52,482 bases of DNA. Source: an uncultured bacterium. GTDB taxonomy: Bacteria > Patescibacteriota > Minisyncoccia > Moranbacterales > GWC2-37-73. The stretch spans positions 1 to 52,482 of the forward strand of contig CAILTR010000092.1 of NCBI GenBank assembly GCA_903837175.1. The letters run 5' to 3'. This document shows positions 10,709 to 20,052 of this stretch, one piece after another. Under the pieces are notes generated by a model that saw only the letters and a program-made list of their open reading frames with translations, searched no databases and was not told where the DNA came from. Numbering within the stretch: the first letter of the stretch is position 1; each line of letters starts with the position of its first letter. The position numbers and the translations under genes were made by a program.

Positions 10709-12484
10709 ATGAATAATTTATATCAAATGAATAAAGAAGTTTACAAATTTATATTTCATACTTATGGACGCAATTTTGGACAATGGATAGGTTTTCTTGC
10801 TGAAATGTTTCGAGTAGTTGTTATGCGAGTTTATATTGTCATCGCGATAGCACAAGTTACGGCTAATATTGCTTCAGGAAATTTCGATGCTGCTAAGAAG
10901 TATTCATTTTATTTTTTTATTGCCTATGTGGCAGCTTCTTTGGTGGGTACATTGGGTGAGTTACTCTCTACTCGCGCAGAGAATACTCAGTATGGCAGGT
11001 TGATGCTGAGCTTTTATCAAAAATTAGTAGGCAAGGATATTTCATTTTATCGTGATAACCAAACTGGTTACTTAACAAGTATTTATAGGCAACATTTGGA
11101 TGGTTCATTGCTTTTACTCCGTTTGTTAAGAGGTGAGGCATTGGGGGCTTTTATTTCGCTTATTATTCCACCATTTGTGTTGTTTTTCGCATCTCCGCAA
11201 ATTGGCTTAATCGCTATGACAGTTGTTTTAATCCAATTTATTTATGTAGTGTGGTCTTCTTCTAAGGCCAATAAATATCGTCAACTTTCGCATGAAATAT
11301 TTCGCAAGGTTACGGGTGAAGTTTCTGATGTGATAACGAATATGGTTGCCTTTAAGTCAGGTGGCGTGGAAGATAAGGCTCAAGAACGAATTTTAAAACT
11401 AATAAAACAAGAAACAGCTTCCTTTGGGCTACGACGTAAAACTGTTACCTTGTTGGATTTACCAAGAAATATTATTACAGCCTGTGGCATTACAGCTGCT
11501 GTTTATCTCATTATATCCAAATCTTCTGGTGCGGATCCGCAGTCACTAGGTTTGATTGTGCTGACACTTACATATATGTTTCAAATAATTAGAAGTGTTG
11601 ACATTTTACCCTCATTAGTGATAAACCATGACGATTTAGTTACTAAGGTCTATCCAACTCTAAAGTATTTGAGCAATAATTATGAAGAAATATGCGATCC
11701 AATAAAGCCTAAGAAGTTTTTAATTAAAAATGGGGCAATAGACATTGAGAAAGTTAATTTTAGTTATTCGACAAATTCTGGTAAAGATAAAAGAATATTA
11801 GTTTTCAAAAATCTTACTGTAAAAATAAAAGGTGGTGAACGAATTGGGATTGTCGGGTTAAGCGGAGCAGGCAAGAGCACCTTAGCAAGTCTCTTGCTTC
11901 GATTTGATGAGGTCGATAGTGGTTCAATTAAAATTGATGGAATTGATATTCGCGATGTGCGACAGAATGACCTGCGTAAAAAAATTGCCTATGTTCCGCA
12001 GGAGCCACTCCTTTTTCATCGAAGTGTTAAGGAGAATATTGCTTATTATGATAATAGCGTGAGTGACGCTGAGATTATCTCAGCTGCTAAGGCGGCACAT
12101 GCGCATGAATTTATTGAAAAATTGCCAAACGGATACGATACTATTGTGGGTGAAAGAGGTATTAAATTAAGTGGTGGACAAAAGCAACGCGTGGTAATCG
12201 CTAGAGCCGTTCTTAAAAAGGCGCCAATTATGATTTTTGATGAGGCTACTAGTGCCTTAGATAGTGAAAGCGAACAAATTATCCAAAAGGCCCTACCTGA
12301 AATTATCGGCAAACAGACCGCCATCGTAGTGGCGCATCGCCTAAGCACAGTCGCGGGGCTCGATCGCATTATTGTCATGCATGAAGGAAAAATTATTGAA
12401 TCTGGAAGTCATGAAGAATTGTTAAGCTTAAATGGTCGTTATAGTTCCTTGTGGAAAAAACAAACTTCAGAATTTGTTGCGTAA
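10709..12484 (+). CDS. ABC exporter, fused permease plus ATPase (MsbA/MdlB-like)
   Basis: N-terminal TM domain; GLSGAGKS, LSGGQKQR, IFDEATSALD, AHRLST. Confidence 0.93.
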   Translation: MNNLYQMNKEVYKFIFHTYGRNFGQWIGFLAEMFRVVVMRVYIVIAIAQVTANIASGNFDAAKKYSFYFFIAYVAASLVGTLGELLSTRAENTQYGRLMLSFYQKLVGKDISFYRDNQTGYLTSIYRQHLDGSLLLLRLLRGEALGAFISLIIPPFVLFFASPQIGLIAMTVVLIQFIYVVWSSSKANKYRQLSHEIFRKVTGEVSDVITNMVAFKSGGVEDKAQERILKLIKQETASFGLRRKTVTLLDLPRNIITACGITAAVYLIISKSSGADPQSLGLIVLTLTYMFQIIRSVDILPSLVINHDDLVTKVYPTLKYLSNNYEEICDPIKPKKFLIKNGAIDIEKVNFSYSTNSGKDKRILVFKNLTVKIKGGERIGIVGLSGAGKSTLASLLLRFDEVDSGSIKIDGIDIRDVRQNDLRKKIAYVPQEPLLFHRSVKENIAYYDNSVSDAEIISAAKAAHAHEFIEKLPNGYDTIVGERGIKLSGGQKQRVVIARAVLKKAPIMIFDEATSALDSESEQIIQKALPEIIGKQTAIVVAHRLSTVAGLDRIIVMHEGKIIESGSHEELLSLNGRYSSLWKKQTSEFVA

Positions 12485-12486
12485 AT

Positions 12487-12521
12487 GAAGCCCGGCTGAG
12501 GAATGTCCGCAGCTGGGTTTC
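12487..12521. repeat. Palindrome family A copy directly after ABC gene stop
   Basis: gaagcccggctgaggaatgtccgcagctgggtttc. Confidence 0.65.
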
Positions 12522-12871
12522 TACTTTTTTAATTTTAATTATTTTTGAAAATAAAAAAATGCATACTCTTGGAGTAGGCATTTAAGGACGCAGTTATTTT
12601 GTAAAGGTAACGGCGGTGCTAAAATAGCCACCGCCCTTGCTGAAAAGATTTTTCAATGCTGGCAGTTTTCGCTTGTAAAATAGTGAGCAAAGGTTGCTAT
12701 CCTCATTAATAAATTTCCGCAGACTTTTCTTAAAAGTACTAAAATTACTCCGAGGAAGTTCATCAGGAAAGAAATCCCTAGGATCAACCCTGCGAGGGCT
12801 TGATCGACGGGAATCTTATAAAAGAAAAGAATAGCGTAGCTAATGAAAACAACTGGAAAGAATAACAGCGA

Positions 12872-13858
12872 TTAAAACTCCATTCTTGAAAGGGTTAACT
12901 CCCATTTAGCGAGAATGAGCTCGGCTTTAGCTAGCTGCGCTAGGAAGTAGGCTTTCGAAAAACTGCGTTCGGAATTATTAGAAAGGACGAAATAAATTTT
13001 ATTATCAAGAAACATGAAACTAAATTCTGGCATTGTATCCATTAGTATGGCCATAATATCCGGGGGTAAAAATTGTCGAATTTCATCTTCAGCGCCAGCT
13101 TCAACAAAAAGAGAAAATGATTTTGAAAAATCTCCTTCTAGCTGGACCGAAAGACCTGGGAAAAGAGTGGGTACCTTAAACGTCTCTCCGAAGGCATCGT
13201 TGCTACTTATAATAAGCATCTTGGGACATTGCTTAAGACAGGTAACTTCAAGCATTGTCGCGCTATAGGAAGCCTCTCGCATCCATTCATAGTCAAAATC
13301 AAAGATTCTAACCGGATAACTTGTTAGCGTTCCAGAAAAAACGTTGCTTAGCTTTAAGTTTTTGCCAAGCGCTTGAAGCTGTTCAGGCAAGCTTGAACTA
13401 TCGCCGCTTACTGCAAAAGAGAACCCTTTCTCGCGAGCCAGTTGCGTTCGGGCATCGTTTTTTGAAGCTTTTTTTACACTAACAAAAAAGAAGATTACCG
13501 CTATTATACTAAACATATCAAGAAAAACCGGAGCCCCCAGATTTCTTGTTAAAACAAAAAGGAAAATATTGGCGCTGACAACTATAATGAAAAAAATTAG
13601 CAGTTTTTTAGTGTAGGGTTTAAAGAGAGCTGTATCTTCTAGCAGCATTTGTTCATACGCAAGGTCTTCTTTTGTTTTTGGTTGGTATCTTAGGATATTG
13701 CGATACAAAAATATCCAAGCGACTGTTCCTAAAATAAGCCCATTGCCTACGCCCTTATAACGGGCGATTATGACGCCTCCCGCAAGACAAAAAAGAAACA
13801 CAAGCAACTTTACAAAAAAACTCGCTCCTTTTTTATCAGGTTGATTTTCTGTTTGCAT
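12872..13858 (-). CDS. Hypothetical membrane protein (about 4 TM plus soluble C-terminal domain)
   Basis: 328-aa ORF; hydrophobic N-half; LEGDFSKSFSLF segment. Confidence 0.7.
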   Translation of the reverse strand: MQTENQPDKKGASFFVKLLVFLFCLAGGVIIARYKGVGNGLILGTVAWIFLYRNILRYQPKTKEDLAYEQMLLEDTALFKPYTKKLLIFFIIVVSANIFLFVLTRNLGAPVFLDMFSIIAVIFFFVSVKKASKNDARTQLAREKGFSFAVSGDSSSLPEQLQALGKNLKLSNVFSGTLTSYPVRIFDFDYEWMREASYSATMLEVTCLKQCPKMLIISSNDAFGETFKVPTLFPGLSVQLEGDFSKSFSLFVEAGAEDEIRQFLPPDIMAILMDTMPEFSFMFLDNKIYFVLSNNSERSFSKAYFLAQLAKAELILAKWELTLSRMEF

Positions 13859-13927
13859 AATTTTTTAAAAAATGAAAGCTTAGATTTTCATTATAACATA
13901 AGCTGTCTTTCGCTTGGGATAGTAACT

Positions 13928-13962
13928 GAAAATTAGCCCAGGACGGTCCTCGACTAATTCCA
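13928..13962. repeat. Palindrome family A copy
   Basis: gaaaattagcccaggacggtcctcgactaattcc. Confidence 0.65.
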
Positions 13963-13974
13963 GGATAGCTACCC

Positions 13975-14002
13975 TTGCCAAACTGGCTCCTTTTGCTATA
14001 AT
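13975..14002 (+). promoter_or_regulatory. sigma70 promoter for tRNA-Asn
   Basis: TTGCCA-16-TATAAT with TG extension. Confidence 0.65.
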
Positions 14003-14032
14003 AGCTTCATTGCTTGAAAAAGCATTTTTTAT

Positions 14033-14104
14033 TCCGCGATAGCTCAATGGTAGAGCGAAGGACTGTTAATCCTCAGGTTCTAGGTTCGAATCCTAGTCGC
14101 GGAG
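14033..14104 (+). tRNA. tRNA-Asn(GTT), CCA not encoded
   Basis: Acceptor tccgcga/tcgcgga, anticodon loop ctGTTaa, T-loop gttcgaa. Confidence 0.95.
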
Positions 14105-14239
14105 CATAGATACATTTTAAGGCTTAATAAAGCCTTTTTTATCTGTTCGAGATTGACAGATTATCCTTTTTCTTATAGGCTGTAATGTCAGTAAAATCTG
14201 ATATTATTTCTTGTAACTTAACAATTTGGAGGTGTCAAA

Positions 14240-15529
14240 ATGAAAATAGCCATCGTATATCCAGAGGTGTATGATATCGCGCGGTTCGGAAAAAAGAGAA
14301 AAGAGTTTCCTCCCTTTGGCGTGCTATATTTGGCGACAGTTGTGAGTGCTCAAAATGGAATGGAAGTGAAGGTTTTTAGTGTGGAATCTGATCAGGAAAT
14401 TTTAGACTTTACAAAGTTTGATGTTGTGGCGTTTAGCATACCATCTTCGGTTACTTATGATATTATCAAGTGCGTTCGTTTCAATAGCGCATATGCAAAG
14501 GATGCTCTCATAATAGCTGGCGGTGTGCATGTGACTATTTTTCCTGAACAAACATTGCGTGACTTAAAAATGCATGCTGTATGCATCGGCAATGGAGAGG
14601 ATGCTATACTTGAGTTATTGTGCGAGAAAGAAACGCGACAATTTTCTCATGTCAAGGGCGTTTGTTGTTTAGTTGATGGCAATACAATCTTCACCGAAAA
14701 ACGACCCTTAAAGAAGAATCTTGATCATCTGCCCGTTATCCCCGCAAGGCATTTATTGCCAGATCCTGATTTCATAATGACAAACAGGCTTTCCAATACG
14801 AATCTGAAAATGACTCACGTTATGATTTGCCAAGGTTGTCCATTTTCATGCAATTTTTGCGCATCACAGCAAAAGCAAATGCAATATCGTTCAGAATGGC
14901 ATATTCGCCAAGAGTTGCAACATTTAAAAGACAGTCATGGAATAGAGGGGTTTGCTGTTGTTGGTGACAACTTTCTTGTTAATAAAAGAAAGGTGCGCAA
15001 GATATGTGAATCCATCAGCAGTCTTAATCTTAAGTGGTCAACTTTATCGCGTGTAGATACCGTGGATTATGACTCTCTTGAGATTATGCATGATGCTGGT
15101 TGTATCGAAATAAAATTTGGTGTCGAGTCGGGAAGTGAGTTAATTTTGAAAGCAATGGGTAAGGGAATATCTGTGAATCAAATTTACAACACAATCAAAA
15201 TGACGCATTCCGTCGGCATCAAGGTGAAAGCTTTCATCATACACGGATATCCGGGTGAGAATATGGAAACAACACAAGAAACAATAGCTATACTGGACAA
15301 TCTATCTGATATGATAGAGAGAGTATCGCTATTTCGCTTCGTGCCTCTTCCGGGGAGTCGTGTCTATGATCAAGCGAAAGAAAATCGCCTACTTGTCACA
15401 GGAAATAATTGGAATAATTGTCATATTTACCATAATCCAAATCATTGGTGGGGAGATAAGGATGATTTTGCGGTTATAGAGGAATCTTATCAACAACTGG
15501 ATAAATTTATCTTCGAAAAATGGGGATAA
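14240..15529 (+). CDS. B12-binding-domain radical SAM protein
   Basis: PPFGVLYLA and AGGVHVT B12-binding domain; GCPFSCNFC; FGVESGS; SD ggaggt. Confidence 0.9.
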   Translation: MKIAIVYPEVYDIARFGKKRKEFPPFGVLYLATVVSAQNGMEVKVFSVESDQEILDFTKFDVVAFSIPSSVTYDIIKCVRFNSAYAKDALIIAGGVHVTIFPEQTLRDLKMHAVCIGNGEDAILELLCEKETRQFSHVKGVCCLVDGNTIFTEKRPLKKNLDHLPVIPARHLLPDPDFIMTNRLSNTNLKMTHVMICQGCPFSCNFCASQQKQMQYRSEWHIRQELQHLKDSHGIEGFAVVGDNFLVNKRKVRKICESISSLNLKWSTLSRVDTVDYDSLEIMHDAGCIEIKFGVESGSELILKAMGKGISVNQIYNTIKMTHSVGIKVKAFIIHGYPGENMETTQETIAILDNLSDMIERVSLFRFVPLPGSRVYDQAKENRLLVTGNNWNNCHIYHNPNHWWGDKDDFAVIEESYQQLDKFIFEKWG

Positions 15530-15556
15530 GCCGATTTTTGGATAAACAATTCAAAA

Positions 15557-15580
15557 AAGACCGTTCAAACGAACGGTCTT
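15557..15580. terminator. Hairpin terminator between convergent genes
   Basis: aagaccgttc-aaac-gaacggtctt. Confidence 0.75.
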
Positions 15581-15598
15581 CATTTTATGCAAAGGGGT

Positions 15599-16000
15599 TT
15601 ATTTCCAAAAATTTAACCATCCTAAGTCCACCCAGTGTTGTAGTTCTTCTGCATATGGCAAAGAAGTTGGGAATGGGTTGAGGCAGTAAACGCCTATTTC
15701 TTTGTTAGAATGGGATATCCTATTGAGACCAATTGCAAAAGCAATTTCCGCAAATACTGCAGCGCCAATATAGCCGTCAACGCCATTTTTTTTCATATTT
15801 AAAATAAGCACGATGTCAGATTGCGTCATTTTTTTATAGTGCTGAGTGAACTCTATTTTATAATTAGGTAAAAACTCTCCCGTGAACTGTTTAGGATATT
15901 GAATGACATCATAATCATCCTTTTCCAGTTTTTCCTTCCAATTAATTATATCATCCCAGAAGGCCATGCTTGCGCAAATAGTTATCTTTTTTTGTAGCAT
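15599..16000 (-). CDS. Nucleoside 2-deoxyribosyltransferase-like / nucleotide N-glycosidase fold protein
   Basis: ITICASMAF, SDIVLILN, GYIG..FAEIAFA pattern. Confidence 0.6.
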   Translation of the reverse strand: MLQKKITICASMAFWDDIINWKEKLEKDDYDVIQYPKQFTGEFLPNYKIEFTQHYKKMTQSDIVLILNMKKNGVDGYIGAAVFAEIAFAIGLNRISHSNKEIGVYCLNPFPTSLPYAEELQHWVDLGWLNFWK

Positions 16001-16146
16001 ATTTGATTATTTATAATTATTAACATTAGTATACACTAATTTCTTATTTTATAAAGTCTTTACATATTTATTAATAATCCCAAAACTGCATAATTCCAAT
16101 TCTTGCATAATATTGACACCATTCAAAGTTCTGAACATATCCACCA

Positions 16147-16291
16147 GCGGAGCCATGTACCGTCTGGTACATGGCGGATCCACCTTATTGTGAGTTCTGT
16201 CATGTATAGTTATGTACCGTCTGGTACATGGCGGAGCCGTATACCAGACGGTATACGGCGGAGCCACCTTATTGTGAGCTCCGTCTTGTAT
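16147..16291. repeat. Mini-array of 18-bp palindromes separated by ggcggagcc-like repeats
   Basis: atgtaccgtctggtacat x2, gtataccagacggtatac x1, duplicated accttattgtgag tail. Confidence 0.85.
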
Positions 16292-16342
16292 TCAAAAACA
16301 CACCTTGTTGGTGTGTTTTTGCTTTGTGTGTATAATTTAATT

Positions 16343-16624
16343 ATGGAAAAAACATATATTTTCTATTATGTGTATGTCTTACTCAGTAAAAATGATGGGA
16401 AATTTTATATTGGCTTCACTGAGGATCTAAAAAGAAGATTCGAGCAACATAATAAGGGGGAAAGTCCTGCAACTAAATGTCGAAGACCATTTGAATTAAT
16501 TTTTTACGAAGCCTATCGCAACAAATATGACGCACTGCGTCGAGAAAAATACTTCAAATCCACCAAGGGCAAAACTACTTTAAATACTATGCTAACGGAA
16601 TTCCTCGAAAATGACCCAAGTTAG
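16343..16624 (+). CDS. Small GIY-YIG nuclease (UPF0213-like; start MEKTY)
   Basis: YYVYVL..FYIGFT.DLKRR..QHN and ALRREKYFKS. Confidence 0.9.
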   Translation: MEKTYIFYYVYVLLSKNDGKFYIGFTEDLKRRFEQHNKGESPATKCRRPFELIFYEAYRNKYDALRREKYFKSTKGKTTLNTMLTEFLENDPS

Positions 16625-16743
16625 TCGAGAACCGTCCTCGACTGGATTTCGCGCATGGCACGCCAAGCACACCAAGTAGTGTTTTTTTGGTGCAATACCG
16701 AATTAACTGGGTTTTAGTTGAGAACGGTCCTCGCCTGGATTTC
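16616..16743. repeat. Two palindrome family A copies (16616-16650, 16709-16743)
   Basis: agtcgagaaccgtcctcgactggatttc and agttgagaacggtcctcgcctggatttc. Confidence 0.75.
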
Positions 16744-16801
16744 ATATCATTAGCCCTGCCATTCTTTTTGAGTAGCTTTAAAATGGTGCTAAAATTAAAA
16801 C

Positions 16802-18004
16802 ATGAGGAAAAACAAGCTAAAAATTATTTTTTTCTGCGCAAGTCTGGCGCTAATGGCGGGCGGGTTTTTTTGGCTGGCGCAATGGGAAAAACCTTGGCAA
16901 AAAGTTGAAAATAAAAGTGTTGAAAATAAAGTAGTTAATGCTGAAAAAGAAAAAGTTGAAATTGTCGCTGAAAAAACGGCGCCAGCTTTTTTGGTGGCAG
17001 GCTGGATCCCGTATTGGGCTAAGAGTGCGGGGGTTGCTTCCCTGCAAGGAAAGCTAAATTTATTTTCCCAGCTTAACCTTTTTGCTTTTAGCGTTGATGC
17101 GCGCGGGGAGCTTGTGGATACGTTAAAGCTTGACCTGGCTCCGTGGCCACAGCTTTTGCTTGACGCTCAAAAGGAAAAAATTAAAATTATCCCGACGATT
17201 CTTTGGGGTGATAGTGTGGCGATGCATCAAATATTTGCCGACGCTGGCCTCCGCGAAAAGCATGCTGACAAGGTTGTAAAAATGTTGACCCAGTATAATT
17301 TTACGGGCGTAGACCTTGACTATGAAGGTAAAGACATCGCAGATCGCGACAATTTTTCTTTGTTTTTGCAAACGCTACATGAAAAATTAAAAGCTGCGCC
17401 AGCGAAAACTTTAAGTTGTACCATTGAAGCGCGCACCCAGGATGAGCCCCCGGTTGGGTTTACTGGCGTGCGAGCGATGAGTTGGGCTAATGATTTTGCG
17501 GCCCTGAATAATTTTTGCGATAGCATAACGCTGATGGCGTATGATCAAGTTTTTCAAATTCAGCGCGCTAAAGTTTTCGAAGATAGGAGCTTGACCCTCA
17601 GTGCGCCTAACGCTGAAAATGCCTGGGTTGAAAAAAATATTGAGTATGCGCTGCGCTTTATCGCGCCAGAAAAATTAATCCTAGGCGTCTCAACTTATGG
17701 TTGGGAATTTCGGGTGGAAAAAATTGTCGAAGGTTATCGTTATAGTCGAGTTAGAAGTCTTAGTTATCCAGATGCCATGGTTTTGGCTGCTTCGGTCGGT
17801 GCAATTCCAACGCGAACCACTGGCGGAGAACTAGCTTTTACTTATCAAGCTACTGGTGGACAGTATCTGGTAACTGTCGATGACGCCCAAACGGTCAGCG
17901 ATAAAATTACCCTAGCTAAAAAATTCAAAATCAAAGGAATTAGTTTGTTTAAACTTGATGGCCTTACGGATCCAAAACTTTTTGAGGTGTTAGCGGGGAA
18001 GTAA
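16802..18004 (+). CDS. Membrane-anchored glycoside hydrolase family 18 protein
   Basis: GVDLDYE, LMAYDQ, KLILGV.TYG, GISLFKL; N-terminal TM. Confidence 0.85.
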   Translation: MRKNKLKIIFFCASLALMAGGFFWLAQWEKPWQKVENKSVENKVVNAEKEKVEIVAEKTAPAFLVAGWIPYWAKSAGVASLQGKLNLFSQLNLFAFSVDARGELVDTLKLDLAPWPQLLLDAQKEKIKIIPTILWGDSVAMHQIFADAGLREKHADKVVKMLTQYNFTGVDLDYEGKDIADRDNFSLFLQTLHEKLKAAPAKTLSCTIEARTQDEPPVGFTGVRAMSWANDFAALNNFCDSITLMAYDQVFQIQRAKVFEDRSLTLSAPNAENAWVEKNIEYALRFIAPEKLILGVSTYGWEFRVEKIVEGYRYSRVRSLSYPDAMVLAASVGAIPTRTTGGELAFTYQATGGQYLVTVDDAQTVSDKITLAKKFKIKGISLFKLDGLTDPKLFEVLAGK

Positions 18005-18013
18005 ATGAGTTTT

Positions 18014-18048
18014 GGGAGCTCAACTCCCATGAGGGGAGTTGAGCTCCC
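18014..18048. repeat. Palindrome family B, copy 2
   Basis: gggagctcaactccc-atgag-gggagttgagctccc. Confidence 0.85.
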
Positions 18049-18143
18049 TTTTTATGGTGGAGTGAATTATGCAGTTTAAAATATTTTAAGTTATTTTTTG
18101 TATTATATAATTGAATGCATAACATTTTAATTTTTTCAAAGAT

Positions 18144-18302
18144 ATGAAAAAAGAAACTTTTAGAAAAATTGATAAAGAGGTTGAGGCTCGTCAGCATTTT
18201 CAACTTACGCGTCCGCCGAGAATGGAAGGCAAAGTCAAAAATGCGATGATGAATCCTGTCAAAAAGCCCAAGTCGGTGAAAAATGAAATGAAAGGAAAAT
18301 AG
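18144..18302 (+). CDS. Small basic 52-aa hypothetical protein (below ORF track cutoff)
   Basis: MKKETFRKIDKEVEARQHFQLTRPPRMEGKVKNAMMNPVKKPKSVKNEMKGK; hairpin plus T-run overlapping the stop. Confidence 0.45.
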   Translation: MKKETFRKIDKEVEARQHFQLTRPPRMEGKVKNAMMNPVKKPKSVKNEMKGK

Positions 18303-18460
18303 CCCGCTAGTGAGCTATTTTTTAAAGGCGCTTGCATAAATAGAAGCGTTTGGTATCATAAAGAACCGCCTTTTTTGGCGATTGCATTTTAACAACAAGC
18401 AGAAAAAAGAAAAATTTTTCTCTAATATTTTTTATCAACAACTAATTTGTGGGGAGAGTT

Positions 18461-19783
18461 ATGACACCTAAATCTTTGAATGTTTTGATTATTGGAAACG
18501 GTGCCCGTGAACATGCTATGGCATATTATGCGGAGCTGAGCCCGCGGGTGAAAAAAGTTTTTGTCGCACCAGGCAATGGCGGAACTGCCATGATGGATGG
18601 CAAGGTCAGCAACGTTGCCATTGCGGCAACTGATATAAACGCATTGCTTCAATTTGCCTTGGAAAGCAGTGTCGACTTGACCGTTATTGGTCCTGAGCAA
18701 CCACTTGAACTCGGGATTGTGGATTTATTCCGCAAAGCGGGAAAAAAAATCGTCGGACCTACGCAGGCGGCAGCCAAACTCGAAACCAACAAGGGTTACG
18801 CTAAGATGTTTATGGACGGTAATAGTATTCCAACGGCTTCTTTCGGGATTTTTTACCGTGCTGTTGATGCAATGGAGTATATTTCTGCACCAAATTTTAA
18901 ATTTCCAGCAGTTATTAAGGCAAGCGGTTTGTGCGCCGGAAAAGGGGTTTTTATTACTCTCAACAGGGAACAGGCATTTAAGGCAATCAAAGATCTTTTT
19001 AAGGACCGTATTTTTGGGGCTGCCGGAGACAAAGTTGTTATTGAGGAATTTTTGCTGGGTCAGGAGGCGAGCATCTTTGCATTGGTAGCCGAAGAGGGAG
19101 AGACCTACAAGCTCTTTGCAGCGGCTCAGGATCATAAGCGCATCGGCAATGGCGATACCGGTAAAAATACTGGCGGGATGGGAGCTTATGCACCCGCACC
19201 AGTTGTTACTCCTGAAGTTATGCGTAAGGTTGAGGAAAGAATCATTCAACCTACGCTTAAGGGCATGAGAGATGAGGGCAGCCCTTACACTGGTTTTCTG
19301 TATATCGGTCTGATGATCGACGAAAATGGAGATCCAAGTGTGGTTGAGTATAATGCACGCATGGGTGATCCAGAGACTCAGGTGGTACTTCCGCTACTTA
19401 AGAGTGACTTTGTTGAGGCTCTTTGGGCCAGTGTGGGTGGTACGCTTGCGGATGCGCCCTGGGAAATGAAGGAAAAGACATCAGTAATGGCTATCGTGAT
19501 TGCAGCCACAGGCTATCCGGATGAGTATGAAACTGGGAAAGCTGTTAAAGTCCCAGGCTGGGTTGAATCTTTTCCAGCTTCTTTCCTTTTCCATGCTGGA
19601 ACAAGATTTGAAGGCGGGAAAATTTTAACGGCAGGTGGGCGGGTTCTTTCTGTAATGGCCATAGGTACAAGTCTTGGCGATAGCATTTTTCGTGCGTATG
19701 AGCTTGCTGAAGTGATTAGCTTTGAAGGTGGCGGTTCATACTATCGTAAAGATATCGGCACCAAAGGCCTTGAAAGAAAGTAA
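18461..19783 (+). CDS. purD: Phosphoribosylamine-glycine ligase (start MTPKSL)
   Basis: GAREHA, APGNGGT, GPEQPL, QDHKRIG.GDTG.NTGGMGAY, GDPETQV, FHAGT, GGRVL. Confidence 0.96.
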   Translation: MTPKSLNVLIIGNGAREHAMAYYAELSPRVKKVFVAPGNGGTAMMDGKVSNVAIAATDINALLQFALESSVDLTVIGPEQPLELGIVDLFRKAGKKIVGPTQAAAKLETNKGYAKMFMDGNSIPTASFGIFYRAVDAMEYISAPNFKFPAVIKASGLCAGKGVFITLNREQAFKAIKDLFKDRIFGAAGDKVVIEEFLLGQEASIFALVAEEGETYKLFAAAQDHKRIGNGDTGKNTGGMGAYAPAPVVTPEVMRKVEERIIQPTLKGMRDEGSPYTGFLYIGLMIDENGDPSVVEYNARMGDPETQVVLPLLKSDFVEALWASVGGTLADAPWEMKEKTSVMAIVIAATGYPDEYETGKAVKVPGWVESFPASFLFHAGTRFEGGKILTAGGRVLSVMAIGTSLGDSIFRAYELAEVISFEGGGSYYRKDIGTKGLERK

Positions 19784-19902
19784 CTGTCTAAAGAGTTTTT
19801 TCAATTTAAAAAATCCCATACACTAAACGGAGGCGTATGGGATTTAATTTTGTCAATTTTTACATTTTACGGAATCAATTTAATTAGTGGTGGAAAGACG
19901 TT

Positions 19903-19937
19903 GGAGGCTCGACCTCCATTAGGGAGGTCGAGCCTCC
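19903..19937. repeat. Palindrome family B variant
   Basis: ggaggctcgacctcc-attag-ggaggtcgagcctcc; same 15-5-15 geometry. Confidence 0.75.
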
Positions 19938-20052
19938 TTTAAACTAACAGTGATTTGTTTGATTTGGGATTAGACCGAAAAAATGCAAAGATTTATTATA
20001 AAACTCTTTCTATGCTAAAATTAAAAAGTCAGCTATTTTTTAAGAATCATTC

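Noticed and set aside
16147-16291. CRISPR array
   Set aside because: Repeats are only 9 bp, spacers are palindromic and repeated, and no cas genes are present
16103-16342. N-terminal extension of the GIY-YIG ORF and antisense ORF 16049-16267
   Set aside because: Both are translations of the repeat array; a TATAAT just before 16343 supports the shorter start
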